From Octopus bimaculoides (taxonomy: Eukaryota): 64,000 nt of DNA. The DNA lies in NCBI RefSeq assembly GCF_001194135.2, contig NC_068989.1:19543640-19607639 (forward strand), in the 5' to 3' direction. Below, piece after piece: positions 50,341-64,000 of the stretch (its first letter is position 1; each line of letters starts with the position of its first letter). Made by a program: the position numbers and the translations under genes. The notes beneath the pieces are model-generated. The model was not told the origin of the DNA, made no database searches, and worked only from the letters and a program-made list of their open reading frames with translations.

Positions 50341-53300
50341 CAAAATGCATTTAAAAAGAAAAAACCCCAAAAGGAACTAACAATGCAAGGACGATAACCC
50401 TATATTGAGTAATCTCCCTTTACTTTTAAAATTTCGTTTGTCGTCTGCTTTAACAGAAATTTGCAACGTAAATAGGATTAATAAAGTCCAAGAGCTTTCG
50501 GTAAAGGTTTTCTATTTCTCTCTCTTTTCCATTAAGGAATGTGAAAATAAACAGGCAGGAATTTCTTTTTCATTCTTTGCTGAAACGATAGCATATTTAG
50601 TAAAAAAAAATCAGTCCTTTTTTTTGATTATCAAGTTTAGTCTGAAGATTAATATTTCTAGAAGGATTTCTGCAGTGTGTGGGTGGAAGGATATATTGGT
50701 GGGAGGAGCGTGTAGGAGAGTATTGGGGGTAAGGTATGTCCGTGTGAAAGTGTGTGTAGGAGGAGTGTATAAGGGAGGAGTATGTATGTAAGGGAGGAAC
50801 ATGTGCTGAGGAAGAGTTCATGGGAGGTGTGTGTATGTGTGTGTGAGTAGGAATGTGTGTAGGCGAGGATGGTTTGTGTATGTCTAAAAAGATTGCACAG
50901 CGGAGGAGTATATATGTGTGTGGAGACTGTATGACGAACACATAGAAGGAGGAGTGTGTGCATGTGTAAGAGTGTGTTAGAGGAGTATGTATGTTGGAAC
51001 TGAGGTGCGAGTGTAGGGAGGAAGTTCTTGTCAAAGAGTCCTGTTGTCCTATGTGTGTCCATAAGAGAGAAGAATCAGTGTGTGTATGTGTGAGTGTGTT
51101 AGTTTCCTGTAAGTATGTGTGCTTGTTATTCATGTGTGTGGATATATGTATGGCTATATCTATATATACAGGTGCATTTGCTATGGGTGTGTATATGGGA
51201 TGAAGTGGTAAAGACAGATCTCAGGATGTTGGGCCTTATAGAGGAAATGACAATGGACTGAAATGTCTGGCGATATGAGGTTCTTGAGAAGACCCGCCCA
51301 CATCAGCAAAACTGAATTCTAGAAGCACTGTGTTCCACCCACACATAACAAGAAAATTTTCCTCACACCCTGCCCAAACAAACCAAACTACATCTCTACA
51401 TCTCTTCCACATGTTTCCTCTTACGTGCACTATGTTCACCTCTCACTCCCCAATCCTGTCCACACTACTCCGTTTCTCTGTATCATTGCCATCTGGTAGC
51501 CCCCCCACCCACCCTCAGGTTTTCCAAACTCACTGCATTCCCCTTTCCCACTCTCTACTCATGCTTCTTTGGGAATGTCCTATCACTTATATTATGACCT
51601 TTGAACCTCAAGGGTACTTCTCACCATCTATCTCTCTTCTTTTAGTTGACCATCCCATTTATATTCTGATCCCTGTCCCTTGTAAGTATGTCTGACACTT
51701 TGCCACCATCTCTCTCCTGCTGTCTCCCACTCTCTCTCTCTTTCTCCTGCTCTTCCCTCAGGTTGGGTAACCATGTATCTCCTTTACAGCAGTGTGCCTG
51801 TCTCTGTCCTCATTCCTGATATCTCTTTCTCTCTCTCTCTTGTCATATAATCTTGTACCTCCTTTACAGCATGACACCTGTTCTGTCTCTCTGTCTCACT
51901 ATAACCTTTCATCATCTGATATAAGATCACCTCTTCTAATGCCCCGCTTCCCTCTCAAAAGATTTTTGTCTTGCAAGTTACTCAGTGACCCTGTCAGTGC
52001 AGGTGCCACTTAAAAAACATTATGTCAGCACTGTAAAGTGGCTGGCATTTGGAAGGGCATCCAGCTGTAAAAACCATGCCAAAACTGACCTTGCCTGTAC
52101 TTGTACCACGTAAAAAGCTCTCAGTCCACTCTGCTAGGTGGTTGGTGTTAGGAAGGGCATCCTGCCATAAAAACCCTTCCAAAACAGACACAGAAGTCTG
52201 GTGCAGGCTTCCGCCTGGTTGGCTCCTGTCAATCCATCCCACCCATACCAGCATGGAAGGCAGACATTAAACAATGATGTTGATGTATGATGTGTAACTA
52301 CTTGTATTATGTAAGTTTGTCAGCATGTATGCATATGAAAAAAAACAATATGTTTGTGTTGGAGTACTTGTGTGTGTGTGAGAGAGAGAGAGAAATATAT
52401 ATAAATATATGTGTGTGTGTGTGATGAATATAAATGTATGTGCATGGATGTGTTTGAGATGTATACAAGTGCATTACATGGGAGTGTGTGTATGACTGTG
52501 TGAAAGAGTGCATTTATGAGTATGTGAGAGAGAGAGAGGATAAATATGGTGGTATGAACATGTGTGTGAGTATATGTAGCTATTTACAAGTTTTATCTCT
52601 TATTCCTCCATTTATTGTATTCTCTCTTCTCTCTGTCTACTTAAGAACTAATTAAGTTTGCTCTGCCAGATCTGAAATATTTGCAATATGCATAGCATAT
52701 ATGAATGGAGGATGTTTCACATCTCACATTTACTGCAAAGCACTTGAGCTAATGCAAGAGTCTAAATATGGTCACTCAACATACGGAAAACTACAGCCCA
52801 ATCTTCTTCAAACCAGACCCTACTGATTGGAAGACAAAACAAAAGCAACCCCCTCCCTAAAAAAAGAACAGAAAAACCTAAGATGCATTGCATAAAGTAG
52901 CCTGGGGCTACACTCTTCTTGATTAAAAAACAACAGTGCATATGAACGGCTATGTTTGCTTTGCCTAGGGATTCAATAATAATTTGCAAGTACAATTTGG
53001 TATCTGTAAAGCATACATATTTATGTGTGTGTGTGTGTGTGAGAGAGAGAGAGTGCGTGTGTGTGTTTGAGAGAGAGAGAGAGTGTGCGTGTGTGAGAGA
53101 GAGAGAGAGAGAGAGAGTGTGTGTGCGCATGCGTGTATGTGTATGCACATATTAAGGTTGTTAGTTTCCAATCTATGGAGAAATAGCTTAAGTTGTTCTG
53201 TTTACATATCTACTATATAGTTTATACACACACACACACACACATACACATACATACACACATGTGTATGTGTGTGTGTGTGTGTACATGTGTGTTATCA

Positions 53301-54656
53301 TCATCATCATCATCATGTAATGTCCATATCCCATGCTGGCATAAATTGGACAGTTTGACAGGATCCAATAGATCCAAGGACTGCATTATGCTCCACTGTC
53401 TACTTTGGCATGGTTTCTTCAGCTGGATGTTCTTCCTAATCCCAACCATTTTACAACATGTACTGAATGCTATTTCAGCTCAACCATCACTAGTGAGGTT
53501 GTCATGCAGCTTGCAAGACCATGAATCCTAAGAGATGAAAGATTAAATTATAAGAGAAGGGACCAGAGCAGAACAGTTTTCTTGATGTAAAGGAGCTACA
53601 TGGTTAATCACATTTTAGAAGACAGAGTTGGGGTGATCAGGATGGAGCTGGGAAGAGATAAAAAGCAGTAGTGAAGAGATGTCAGGGTGACTCTCAAGGA
53701 AGAAGGGGAGTAAAGTGAGGTGGGCCACATCAACATGTAAAATGTCACCAATTGATTAGAAGAATCACAGAGCTGACAGTGAAATATGAAATAATTAGAC
53801 TGAAGAATTTGGAAATCTACATAATGTATGATGTAATCTATTATGATTGGATTAAATAAAATTTCTAACAAAACAATTGTCACAAATTTAAACTCTATTT
53901 GTTCATTTCTTTATTATATATATACTATATATGTATGTATGTATCATCATCATCATCATTATCATCATCGTTTAACGTCCGCTTTCCATGCTAGCATGGG
54001 TTGGACGATTTGACTGAGGACTAGTGAAACCGGATGGCAACACCAAGCTCCAATCTAATTTGGCAGAGTTTCTACAGCTGGATGCCCTTCCTAACGCCAA
54101 CCACTCCAAGAGTGTAGTGGGTGCTTTTACGTGTCACCTGCACGAGGGCCAGTCAGGCGGTACTGGCAACGGCCATGCTCAAAATGGTGTCTTTTATGTA
54201 CCACCCGCACAAGAGCCAGTCCAGGGGCACTGGCAACGATCTCGCTCGAAAATCCTATGAAGGCCAGTCACTCTTTTACTTGTTTCAGTCATTTGCCTGT
54301 GGCCATGCTGGAGCACCGCCTTTTAGTCGAGCAAATCGACCCCAGGACTTATTCTTTGTAAGCCTAGTACTTATTGTATCAGTCTCTTTTGCCGAACCGC
54401 TAAGTTACGGGGGCATAAACACACCAGCATCGGTTGTCAAGTGATGTTGGAGGGGACACAGACACATACACATATAAATATATATACATATATACGACGG
54501 GCTTTTTTCAGCTTCTGTCTACCAAATCCACTCACAAGGCTTTGGTCAGCCTGAGGCTATAGTAGAAGACACTTGCCCAAGGTGCCACACAGTGGGACTG
54601 AATGTGGAACCATGTGGTTCATAAGCAAGCTACTTACCACACAGCCACTCCTATGC

Positions 54657-54722
<66 letters not shown>

Positions 54723-55039
54723 TTGTGTGTGTGTCTGTGTGTGTGTGTGTGCTGGTGCCATGTAAAAAACATCCAGACTACACTGTATTTGGAAGGGCAT
54801 CCAGCTGTTAAAAACCACTCTAAAATTGACCTCACTTGTGCTGATACCACATAAAAAGCACCCAGTCCACTCTGCAGGGTGGTTCGTGTTAGGAAGGGCT
54901 TCCAACTGTAGAAACCATGCCAAACATTGAAGCTTGGTGCAATTTTCTACCTAGCCAACTCCTGTCAAACCGTCCAGCCCATGCCAGCATAGAAAGCAGA
55001 TGTTAAATGATGATGTTGATGGTGAGGATGAGGATAATG

Positions 55040-55475
55040 GTGATGGTGGGACATCATTAATTTTCAAAAGTAGACTGTTAAATCATTTGAGTTCATTTAA
55101 AGACAAAAATAAAAGGTTCCAAACGAATCTTAGCAAATTAATCTGGTCTTTTAAGGACAGTAACAAAGACTATACTATTAAATGGGAATTATTGGGTTGT
55201 CCGGAAAGTTCGTGCCGATTTATAGTAACTTACCTTTCGACTTATTTGCCATGAAACCACCTCAGTTCTGGGAAGAGGGTATTTTCAAGTTAGAGGAAAG
55301 ATGGAGACGCATTGTGCAACAAAATGGTTCATATTTGGTTGATTAAAAATGTAATGGCAAGTATTTATTGACCTTTTTCTTTCCTTTAAAAATCAACATG
55401 AACTTTCCGAACAACCCAATAATTTACACCGCAAAACCATACAGACCTGGAACCAATAGATGTGACCTATTTTAC
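55040..55475 (+). mobile_element. Penelope GIY-YIG endonuclease remnant, split by a mariner MITE
   Basis: FKSRLLNHLSSFKDKNKRFQTNLSKLIWSFKDSNKDYTIKWEL / IYTAKPYRPGTNRCDL matches the PLE FK.R..NH..SF...T.LSK.IW..K...W....PY...C.L pattern. Confidence 0.75.
55192..55419 (+). mobile_element. Internally deleted mariner (MITE, 228 bp)
   Basis: 30-bp TIR with 4 mismatches (ttgggttgtccggaaagttcgtgccgattt) and TA TSD. Retains the transposase C-terminus FWEEGIFKLEERWRRIVQQNGSY. Confidence 0.9.
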
Positions 55476-55919
55476 TGGATTTTCACATCCAAAGGTTATG
55501 TAGTAAATTCTAGACAGGAACAAGATGGGAACAAGCACTGAGATGCTTGCACATGAGGAAATTCACATTTGCCAAATATAAATGAATAATTATCATTTAA
55601 ACTATACAGGGTTTTGAAATGATGGACTAAAAAGGATTATCTAATGGAGATTGTTTGCATCTTAACTTAATGGACAGCTTGATATCATACAATGCAGAGT
55701 AGATAAAAGAAAATCTTTAAACAGCCAAATTAAAGGATATCAAGTAAAGACTCTGAAGAAACTGCGCCAGTTTTATAGTAGGGTTGCAATTGCTATGGTT
55801 ACTAATTGGTGCAATTGAAACATGTGTTGGTTTATGTAAGGTGGTATATAAATTAAAGAATTAAAGGTAATGCTATGCAACTTCATAGTAATCGTTATTA
55901 TTAACACACACACACACAC

Positions 55920-56360
55920 ACAGAGGATGGACCAAAAGTCACGCACCAAAATATTTGATTGCTTTGTTTATATTACGCTAGTATTATTATGGTAGCAAGC
56001 TGGCAGCACTGTTAACATGTTGGGCAAAATGCTTAGCAGCATTTTGTCCATCCTTATGTTCTGAGTTCAAATTCAGCCATGATTGACTTTGCCTTTCATC
56101 CTTTCCGGGTCAATGAAATAGGTACCAGTTATGCACTGAACTTGATGTAGTTGACTAACCGCCTCTCCCAAAATTTCAGGCCTTGTGCCTATAATAGAAA
56201 GGATTATTGTTATTCATTTTATTCATTATGTACAAATATGTAATAGTCATCATTATTTTATTTATTTCATTCAATTTTAGGAAATTTGAAGCATGCCTTT
56301 GGCAATTCCAGAGCATATTGAACTTATTTTATGTGTGACTTTTGGCCCCCACCCTGTATA
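55920..56360. mobile_element. Tc1-like MITE carrying a SINE insertion
   Basis: TIR cagaggatggaccaaaagtcacgca versus reverse complement cagggtggggccaaaagtcacaca; SINE at about 55995-56200 inside. Confidence 0.6.
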
Positions 56361-56880
56361 CACATGCATGCATACAGACAGACAGACAGACAAACAAACC
56401 AACAATAGGCTTCTTTCAGTTTCTACCCTCCAAATCCACTCATAAGTCTATGGCCAGCCCAAGACTGTAAAAGAAAACACTTGCTGAAGGTACCATGCAG
56501 TGGGACTGAACTTTAAACCATGTGGTTGGGAAGATAACTACTTCATCACACTTGATCAGTAATTTGAAATAAATACTATGCAACTGGTTTTATTTAATCT
56601 AATGAAATATACTTTCTCATGGTCACTTGTAGGAGTTGGATGGGTCGGTCTGTTTAGGGTTAAAATCTTAGCCAAGGTCGAAGTGTATTGCCAAGATCAC
56701 AGTGCATTGGCAAGGTAACATTATGCTTCCTGGGTCAGAGTGTACTGCCAAGGTTGCAGTATACTGCTGTATGGATGCCAGGCAAACCTAGTGATTGAAT
56801 CAGTTGGTAGCGATAGCTTTTTTGTTTCTTTAAGTAAAGATTTTAAAACACCAGCTGCTGCAGCTACTGATGATGATATG

Positions 56881-56911
<31 letters not shown>

Positions 56912-58104
56912 CGACGATGTAGCTGATGATCTGATTGCTAAATCTTACAGCTAACTGTTGAAATCATACATCAGTAGGTGTAATTGAACACTGATATTAT
57001 CTGTGAAGTCTACCATAACCATTGACTCATTATCAGCAGCATTCCTGTGATATATATCTATCTATCTTCAGGCTTGTGATTCTGCAGTGCAACAGGAGAT
57101 CCACTTACATTGCTAATACCCTCAAAATAGACATGAATATTTTAACCTCCCATTTCTACCTTCTGCAAGAAAAAAAAGTTGTTGTTTTTTTTAGCTCCAG
57201 GTCAGCCTTAATACAACAGCTCTATATCATCAAAAACATTGCAGCTGTGACCTTCCCAATCATTTTAGGGATATCTAGGACTATTATCCAATATAACCTT
57301 ATCTTTTGAAAGACAAAAGGGTGTGATTTGAGGGATATTTTGGTCGTTATTTCTAGCAGGTTGAGTGATTGCATAGAGACTTCTTTGTCCTGTACAAATA
57401 ACTGAAAGCTGTATTATATGTTAATAATAGCAAGAACAGTATTTTACCATAAAAATTTCAAATCCTGTTGTGATTGATTTCACTTGTTGGGACTTATTTT
57501 CATGATTGTAAAACAAACTCTTGAAGGTGTGAGGTATCATTAATTGAACTCCAAAATATTACTGGTACTTATTTACTGCATGTGGAGGCACATGGCTTAG
57601 TGGTTAGGGTGTTGGACACATGATTGTAAGATTGTGGTTCTGATTCCTGGACTGGGCAATGCATTGTATTCTTGAGCAAAACACTTCATTTCATGTTGCT
57701 CCAGTCCACTCAGCTGGTAAAAATGAAGAATCCTGCGATGGCCCAGTGTCCCATCCAGGTGGGAACACTTACACCATTGAAACTGGGAAACCAGTCCTAT
57801 ACTCCTTATGAAGTAATGTGGATTAATTCTAAACTTACTGCCTTACCCAGGAGAGTAGCAAAACAAAGTAGGTTCCAATGCCTTTCAGCCAGAGTCAACA
57901 AGAGAGTTAGTAATGCAATTATTCAATATGCTAGAAATAGCAGCCAAATCTTTCTCAGATCACATCCTACTACCTTAAAAAGAAGACAGAGAAAAGGTAG
58001 GTTATGTAGTGTAGCCTAAGGTTCACTATGTCAGACAATATAAAGCAAACAAAACAAAACAATACTCATGTCTTGAATGCCTTTGGTCATAACTGACTGG
58101 GAGG

Positions 58105-58162
58105 CTAAACTGCTGCTGCTGTTGCTACAACAACAACAACAACAGCAGCAGCAGCAGCAGCA

Positions 58163-58216
<54 letters not shown>

Positions 58217-58228
58217 GCTACTACTATA
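58105..58228. repeat. Compound trinucleotide microsatellite (CTG)/(CAA)/(CAG)/(CTA)n
   Basis: Read directly from the sequence. Confidence 0.9.
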
Positions 58229-61200
58229 GAATAATTTGGTATTCATTTTGAAAACAAGTCTTAAGAGTTGCTTTCACTTTTCCTCCCCACCTCTCCCTTT
58301 CATCTGTCTGTCTATCTGTTTCAGTTCTTCCAATCCTTTCCAGTACTCTAGTATATTACTGGTATTTGGTTAGTCAGCCCTTGACAGGTGGTGGTCTTTG
58401 AAATTTAAATTGAAGATGTAGATTGTTTATTGTATAACACCACATAGAATTGTGTAATGTCTGCCCCTCACCTCCATCACTACCAATATATACTAAATGA
58501 TCTAGTCCTTTGTAGAACTAGACTGCTATCTAAGAATGTCATTATTTGTCAACTGTGAGTCAGAATCAATATTGATATTTATGACTCAGATAGTAGTTCT
58601 AATGCGACAGTATTTTCAATATGGAATCATATTCTAAATGGAATGCAAACTGTTAAATCAAACTTGCCTGAGACACAGTCTTCATGAAGAAATTCTCTCT
58701 GGAAGTTTCAAATCTCAAGAGTATTTGAACTGAAGCCATTCTGTCACTTTAACTGGAATTGTAACATTGAACCTTTTATTGAGGATAATTGCCACAACAT
58801 AACATGGCAAATACTATAGAGAAAATATTTTGCTAACAATCATCTATGACTTTGTTTTGTAGACATTTCACTTCTCTTGTATTATTTCTCAGGGCTGTGA
58901 GAAAAATCTGATCAACGTCTAATAATCTCGTTTCCTCTACTTCCAAGTAAATCTGACACTTTGAGCCATTATAAGAAATCAATATTGGTGACTCATGTAG
59001 ACAATAGTATTGATTGTTTGGAGTTGGTGGAATTAGAAGAAATGGTGGAGCACCAGACTACTTATTCCTTTTATTATTCAACTTCACTGTTCTAATTCTG
59101 AGTTCAAATCCTGCCATTATTGGTTTCAAGTTTTGGTACAAGGCTAGTGATTTCAGGGGAGGGGGTTAAGTTGATTACATTGATCCCAGTTTTCAAATGG
59201 TGCTAATTTTATCAACCTTGAAAGGATGAAAGGCTAAGTTGACTTTGGTGGCTCTTGAACTCAGAACATAAAAAAGGGATGAAATACTACTAAGCATTTT
59301 TGCCAGCATGCTAACGATTCTGCTGGCTTACTGCCTTAAATCATGCCATTATTGACTTTGGTAAGGTGGTGAGCTGGCAGAATTGTTAACATGCTGGGTA
59401 AAACGCTTAGCAGCATTTTGTCTGTCTTTATGTTCTGAGTTCAAATTCCACCAAGGTCACCTTTGCCTTTCATCCTGTTGGGGTCAATAAAATAAGAACC
59501 AATTGAATACTGGGGTCAATGTAATTGACTAGTTTCCTCCCACCAAATTTCAGGCCTTGTACCTGAAATTAGGAAGGATTATTGACTTTGGTTTCTATCT
59601 ATTCAGGGCCAATAAGATAAATTCTAGTGATATAATAAGTGATATAATAATAGGGTGGTGAGATGGCAGAATCATTAGCACGCCAGATGACACGCTAAGC
59701 GCTATTTTGTCTTCCGTTACGTTCTGAGTTCAAATTCCGCTGAGGTCGACTTTGCCTTTCATCCTTTCAGGGTCGATTAAATAAGTACCAGTTACGCACT
59801 GGGGTCGATGTGATCGACTTAATCCCTTTGTCTGTCCTTGTTTGTCCCCTCTATGTTTAGCCCCCAGTGGACAATAAAGAAATAGATATAATAAGTAAAG
59901 TCAATAGATTGTTCCCTCCTTTGTAACAGTTGGCCTGATATTCTAGTCACCTGAAATGAAACATGTTTTAAAGGAGACAAGGAAAAATCTGAAGTGATAA
60001 GATTGGGTCAAGACTAGATGACTAGATAGAACATTTAATTCCAAAGGGCAGCTAATCACATATTTAAGTAATTAAAGAGTGGTTTTGAATATTTCAAATG
60101 TTTTCAACGTTAAAGATAGCCTAATTATATCATTGAGCCTAATTATATCATTGAAACCTACAATGGTTATTTGTGGTGAACTGCTATTTATAATTAAATT
60201 ATCAATTAATATAACTTCTTGTTCCACTTAATGTTTTTAATGAACATTCTATGAAAGCATTAGTTCTTGTCCAGTTACCATAGTTAAGCAACATTGAGCC
60301 TAGCTAGAACTTAGATTGGTGCCTACTTGGGAAATGTAGGTACTGTAAGAAAAACTGTTAGTTACTGGTGGTGCTGTCTGGATGAAATCAATAATAGATG
60401 ATAAAATAAGATAATAAATTCTTAATTTAGTTGCTATAGGGCCAGTAAGCAAATGCTAAGATTTTATTCTACTTATCTTCATCATCATTTAACGTCCACT
60501 TTCTATGCTGGCAATGGACTGAATGGTTTGACAGGAGCTGGTAAACCAGAGAACAGCACCAAGCTATACTGTCTGTTTTAGAGATGGAGGTTAATAAAGC
60601 GTAAACATCTAGAGTTTTTCACCATGCTTGCTTGACTAATAATGTTAGCTAATGTATAATATTTTTCTTTATTACCTGATTTAATCATACTACAGTTATT
60701 ATTTCTAATTAACTAATTATTGAAAATTATCAGTCATGTTTTACTGGTTAGAACATTATCTGGCAAGAAAAATATTTTAAGGAGGAGGGAAAATGATAAA
60801 TTGTAATACTGACTGGATTTGATGGTGCTTAAACATTACCTTGACTGAAACATGTTTTAAAGGGTCAGGAGAAACGACTCTTTAAAGGGTTAAGGAAATG
60901 CTGTAATATTGATTCCTAATACTGATACAAGGTCATGTATGTCGAAGGAGGGCTATAATCAATAAAATCTATCTTAGTACTTGACTGGTATTTTATTTCA
61001 TCAGCCCTGAAAGGATAAAGGGCAAAGTCACCCTCAGCAGGATTTGAACTCAGAATGTAAAGTGTCATAACTAAATACTGTAATTAATATTTTCTCCAAG
61101 ATACTAAAGATTCTACCAATCCACCATGCTTCAAAATGCTAGATTGGAGAGAAGAACATTAACTGAAAATAACATGTTTTCATAGAGAGAAGAATGTGAA

Positions 61201-61500
61201 GTAGCATTATCCATAGTGCTTTAGTAACAACATGCATGGAATAAAATGGTTTCAAGTGAAAAATTAAAATAGGTCAAGGATTTAAATTACAAATGATATT
61301 AATTTTTCTTAACAATGTTTGTTGTGTATAGAAAAATAATAAATAATTGGTGACTTGTTACTATGTATCTTTGTCAATTTCACCAATATAATTGTTTTAA
61401 TTAGTGCATAGAGAAAATACATAAATAGATGAATAAAAAGATCACAATAAAGGTTATATATTCATTTATGTGTATGTGTGTGTCTGCAATGCCAGCAAAT

Positions 61501-61577
<77 letters not shown>

Positions 61578-61711
61578 NNNNNNNNNNNNNNNNNNNNNNN
61601 NNNNNNNNNNNNNNNNNNNNNNNNNNNNNNNNNNNNNNNNNNNNNNNNNNNNNNNNNNNNNNNNNNNNNNNNNNNNNNNNNNNNNNNNNNNNNNNNNNNN
61701 NNNNNNNNNNN

Positions 61712-61782
<71 letters not shown>

Positions 61783-61799
61783 TATACACACACACATAT

Positions 61800-62125
61800 T
61801 GGCTGTATATACCTGTCTCCTAGTCTCCCTTCTGACTACCTGGTACAGTTCCCTGCTACTCCCACTCTTCCAGGTTTTGCAGATTATTGCTGTCTCCCCA
61901 TGTACTCCCATCAACCATCATCAGCTCCAAACGTCCATCCATGACCCCTTAGGTGGCTTTTAAGTCCAGCATTAGATTTGCAGGGTCTGCAGCAAACGTG
62001 ACAGACAAAAGATGAGCCCTCTATTGGATTTATAGGGTCAGCTTGTGGGATGCCATCATTATGTACTTTCATATGCCTTTTAAGACAAGATATTGATTTG
62101 CAGATCTTTTTGCACACCACACATG
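61800..62125 (-). mobile_element. RTE-type LINE 3' end with C-terminal zinc-finger motifs
   Basis: CKKICKSISCLKRHMKVH and CHVCCRPCKSNAGLKSHLRGH (the C..C...C.S..GL.SH.R.H LINE pattern), abutting microsatellites, with no splice context. Confidence 0.6.
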
Positions 62126-62143
62126 CATGCATGCAGGCATGCA

Positions 62144-62247
<104 letters not shown>

Positions 62248-64000
62248 CTCTTTTACTCTTTAACTTGTTTCAGTCATTTGACTGCAGCCATGCTGGAGCA
62301 CCGCCTTTAGTCGAGCAAATAGACCCCAGGACTTATTCTTTGTAAGCCTAGNNNNNNNNNNNNNNNNNNNNNNNNNNNNNNNNNNNNNNNNNNNNNNNNN
62401 NNNNNNNNNNNNNNNNNNNNNNNNNNNNNNNNNNNNNNNNNNNNNNNNNNNNNNNNNNNNNNNNNNNNNNNNNNNNNNNNNNNNNNNNNNNNNNNNNNNN
62501 NNNNNNNNNNNNNNNNNNNNNNNNNNNNNNNNNNNNNNNNNNNNNNNNNNNNNNNNNNNNNNNNNNNNNNNNNNNNNNNNNNNNNNNNNNNNNNNNNNNN
62601 NNNNNNNNNNNNNNNNNNNNNNNNNNNNNNNNNNNNNNNNNNNNNNNNNNNNNNNNNNNNNNNNNNNNNNNNNNNNNNNNNNNNNNNNNNNNNNNNNNNN
62701 NNNNNNNNNNNNNNNNNNNNNNNNNNNNNNNNNNNNNNNNNNNNNNNNNNNNNNNNNNNNNNNNNNNNNNNNNNNNNNNNNNNNNNNNNNNNNNNNNNNA
62801 TACATATATACAATGGGTTTCTTTCAGTTTCCGTCTACCAAATCCACTCACAAGGCTTTGGTCGGCCCGAGGCTATAGTAGAAGACACTTGCCCAAGGTG
62901 CCACGCAGTATATAAAATATACACACACACAATTGAGCTTCACACAGCTTCTGTTTAATAAAATCCTTTCATAAGTCATTATATGTTGATGATGATGATG
63001 ATGACAATGACAATGATGATGATAATTATGATGATTGCATACATCTCATCTCAAGGGCATACATATGTATGTCTGAGTGTGTATTTGTCTGTATGCGTGC
63101 GAATGCATATAGGATAAAATGTTATAATGGGTACACCCAATGCTGTTGTTTAACTCTGAGTTACATAGTGTTAAGTAGATGCGAGATGAAAACAGGATGT
63201 CAGAATGTCACAGGTAACATTTCTGGAAGATCTGCTACATATGCCACGCAATGAGGTATGTACAATGAAGTTCAGGACATATATACACACTGATATATAC
63301 ATATGTATGTATGTATGTATGTATATGCATGTACACACACATACACACATGTAGAAAAGAGCATACGCAAATGCACAAACTTTAAAAAACGTATATATTC
63401 AGAAACATACAATTGACAACACATATCCACATACATACACACATACAAATGAGAGCACACATACTCAGAAAGATACACACACATATACACATATCCTCAT
63501 CCAATACACACACACACACACACACACACTCACACACCAACACAGAAAAAAAAAAAAAAAAAAAAAAAATTAAAAACATACACACACCCACATGCAAATG
63601 CACATGTACAAATACACACACACAAACACACATGAGAACACTCACCCACACACTGATGAAAAGACACACATACTGAAACAGAGATACTCAGCCACTCTAA
63701 CAGTTATGTCTCTATACACATACATACACATTTCAGCCACGCACATGCAAGTTGTCTACTCCAATCTGAAAACTCTATCTAGGAGTTAACCTTTCACTCT
63801 AACTAGTACTTGAGTTCAGATATAGTGTCCTTATCTGATATAAGTCAAATATGTGGTGGTGGGGGTGATGGAGAGGATGGTGGCAGCAATGGGGTTATCT
63901 GCATGGTCATGTGATATATGGTATCCCTAATGTACTGCAAGTTAAGTCACTGGGGCTATATTGCTTTATAATAGTGCTTCTCATAGAATGATGCAGGCCT

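Noticed and set aside
50597-51203. Long His/Thr-rich ORFs
   Set aside because: Degenerate (GT/GA)-rich low-complexity sequence.
58890-58946. Plus-strand exon after a strong acceptor (ttatttctcag)
   Set aside because: Stops in all three frames, a weak donor, and no partner exons found.

Overview
AT-rich, repeat-dense animal genomic DNA with six N gaps. The SINE, RTE and mariner content suggests an octopus or other coleoid cephalopod (inference). Two protein-coding genes can be built by hand, both on the minus strand. (1) RPS21 is complete: 83 aa, complement(join(36952..36961,37804..37859,38331..38402,43040..43103,45986..46035)), with a non-coding first exon starting in a TCT/5'TOP pyrimidine tract near 46200 and an AATAAA at 36926-36931. 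(2) NME6 (NDP kinase 6) is represented by its first four coding exons, complement(join(<764..847,3896..3935,5148..5250,25801..25881)); it has a 20.5 kb first coding intron and runs off the left edge. The strongest unannotated signal is four intronic box H/ACA snoRNAs in RPS21, forming two paralog pairs. One pair resembles SNORA13/snR35 and would guide 18S Psi1248. The other pair is a dual guide predicted for 18S Psi1238 and Psi36 (human numbering, rRNA sequence recalled from memory). NME6 intron 1 holds a tandemly duplicated 116-nt exon-like cassette whose acceptor pairs with sequence just past its donor, plus two foldback elements. The rest is mobile DNA: mariners, piggyBac, hAT/pogo/Tc1 MITEs, a Helentron-type element, RTE, Hero and Penelope remnants, several SINE families and microsatellites. 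Most ORFs in the supplied track are repeat, microsatellite or gap artefacts.
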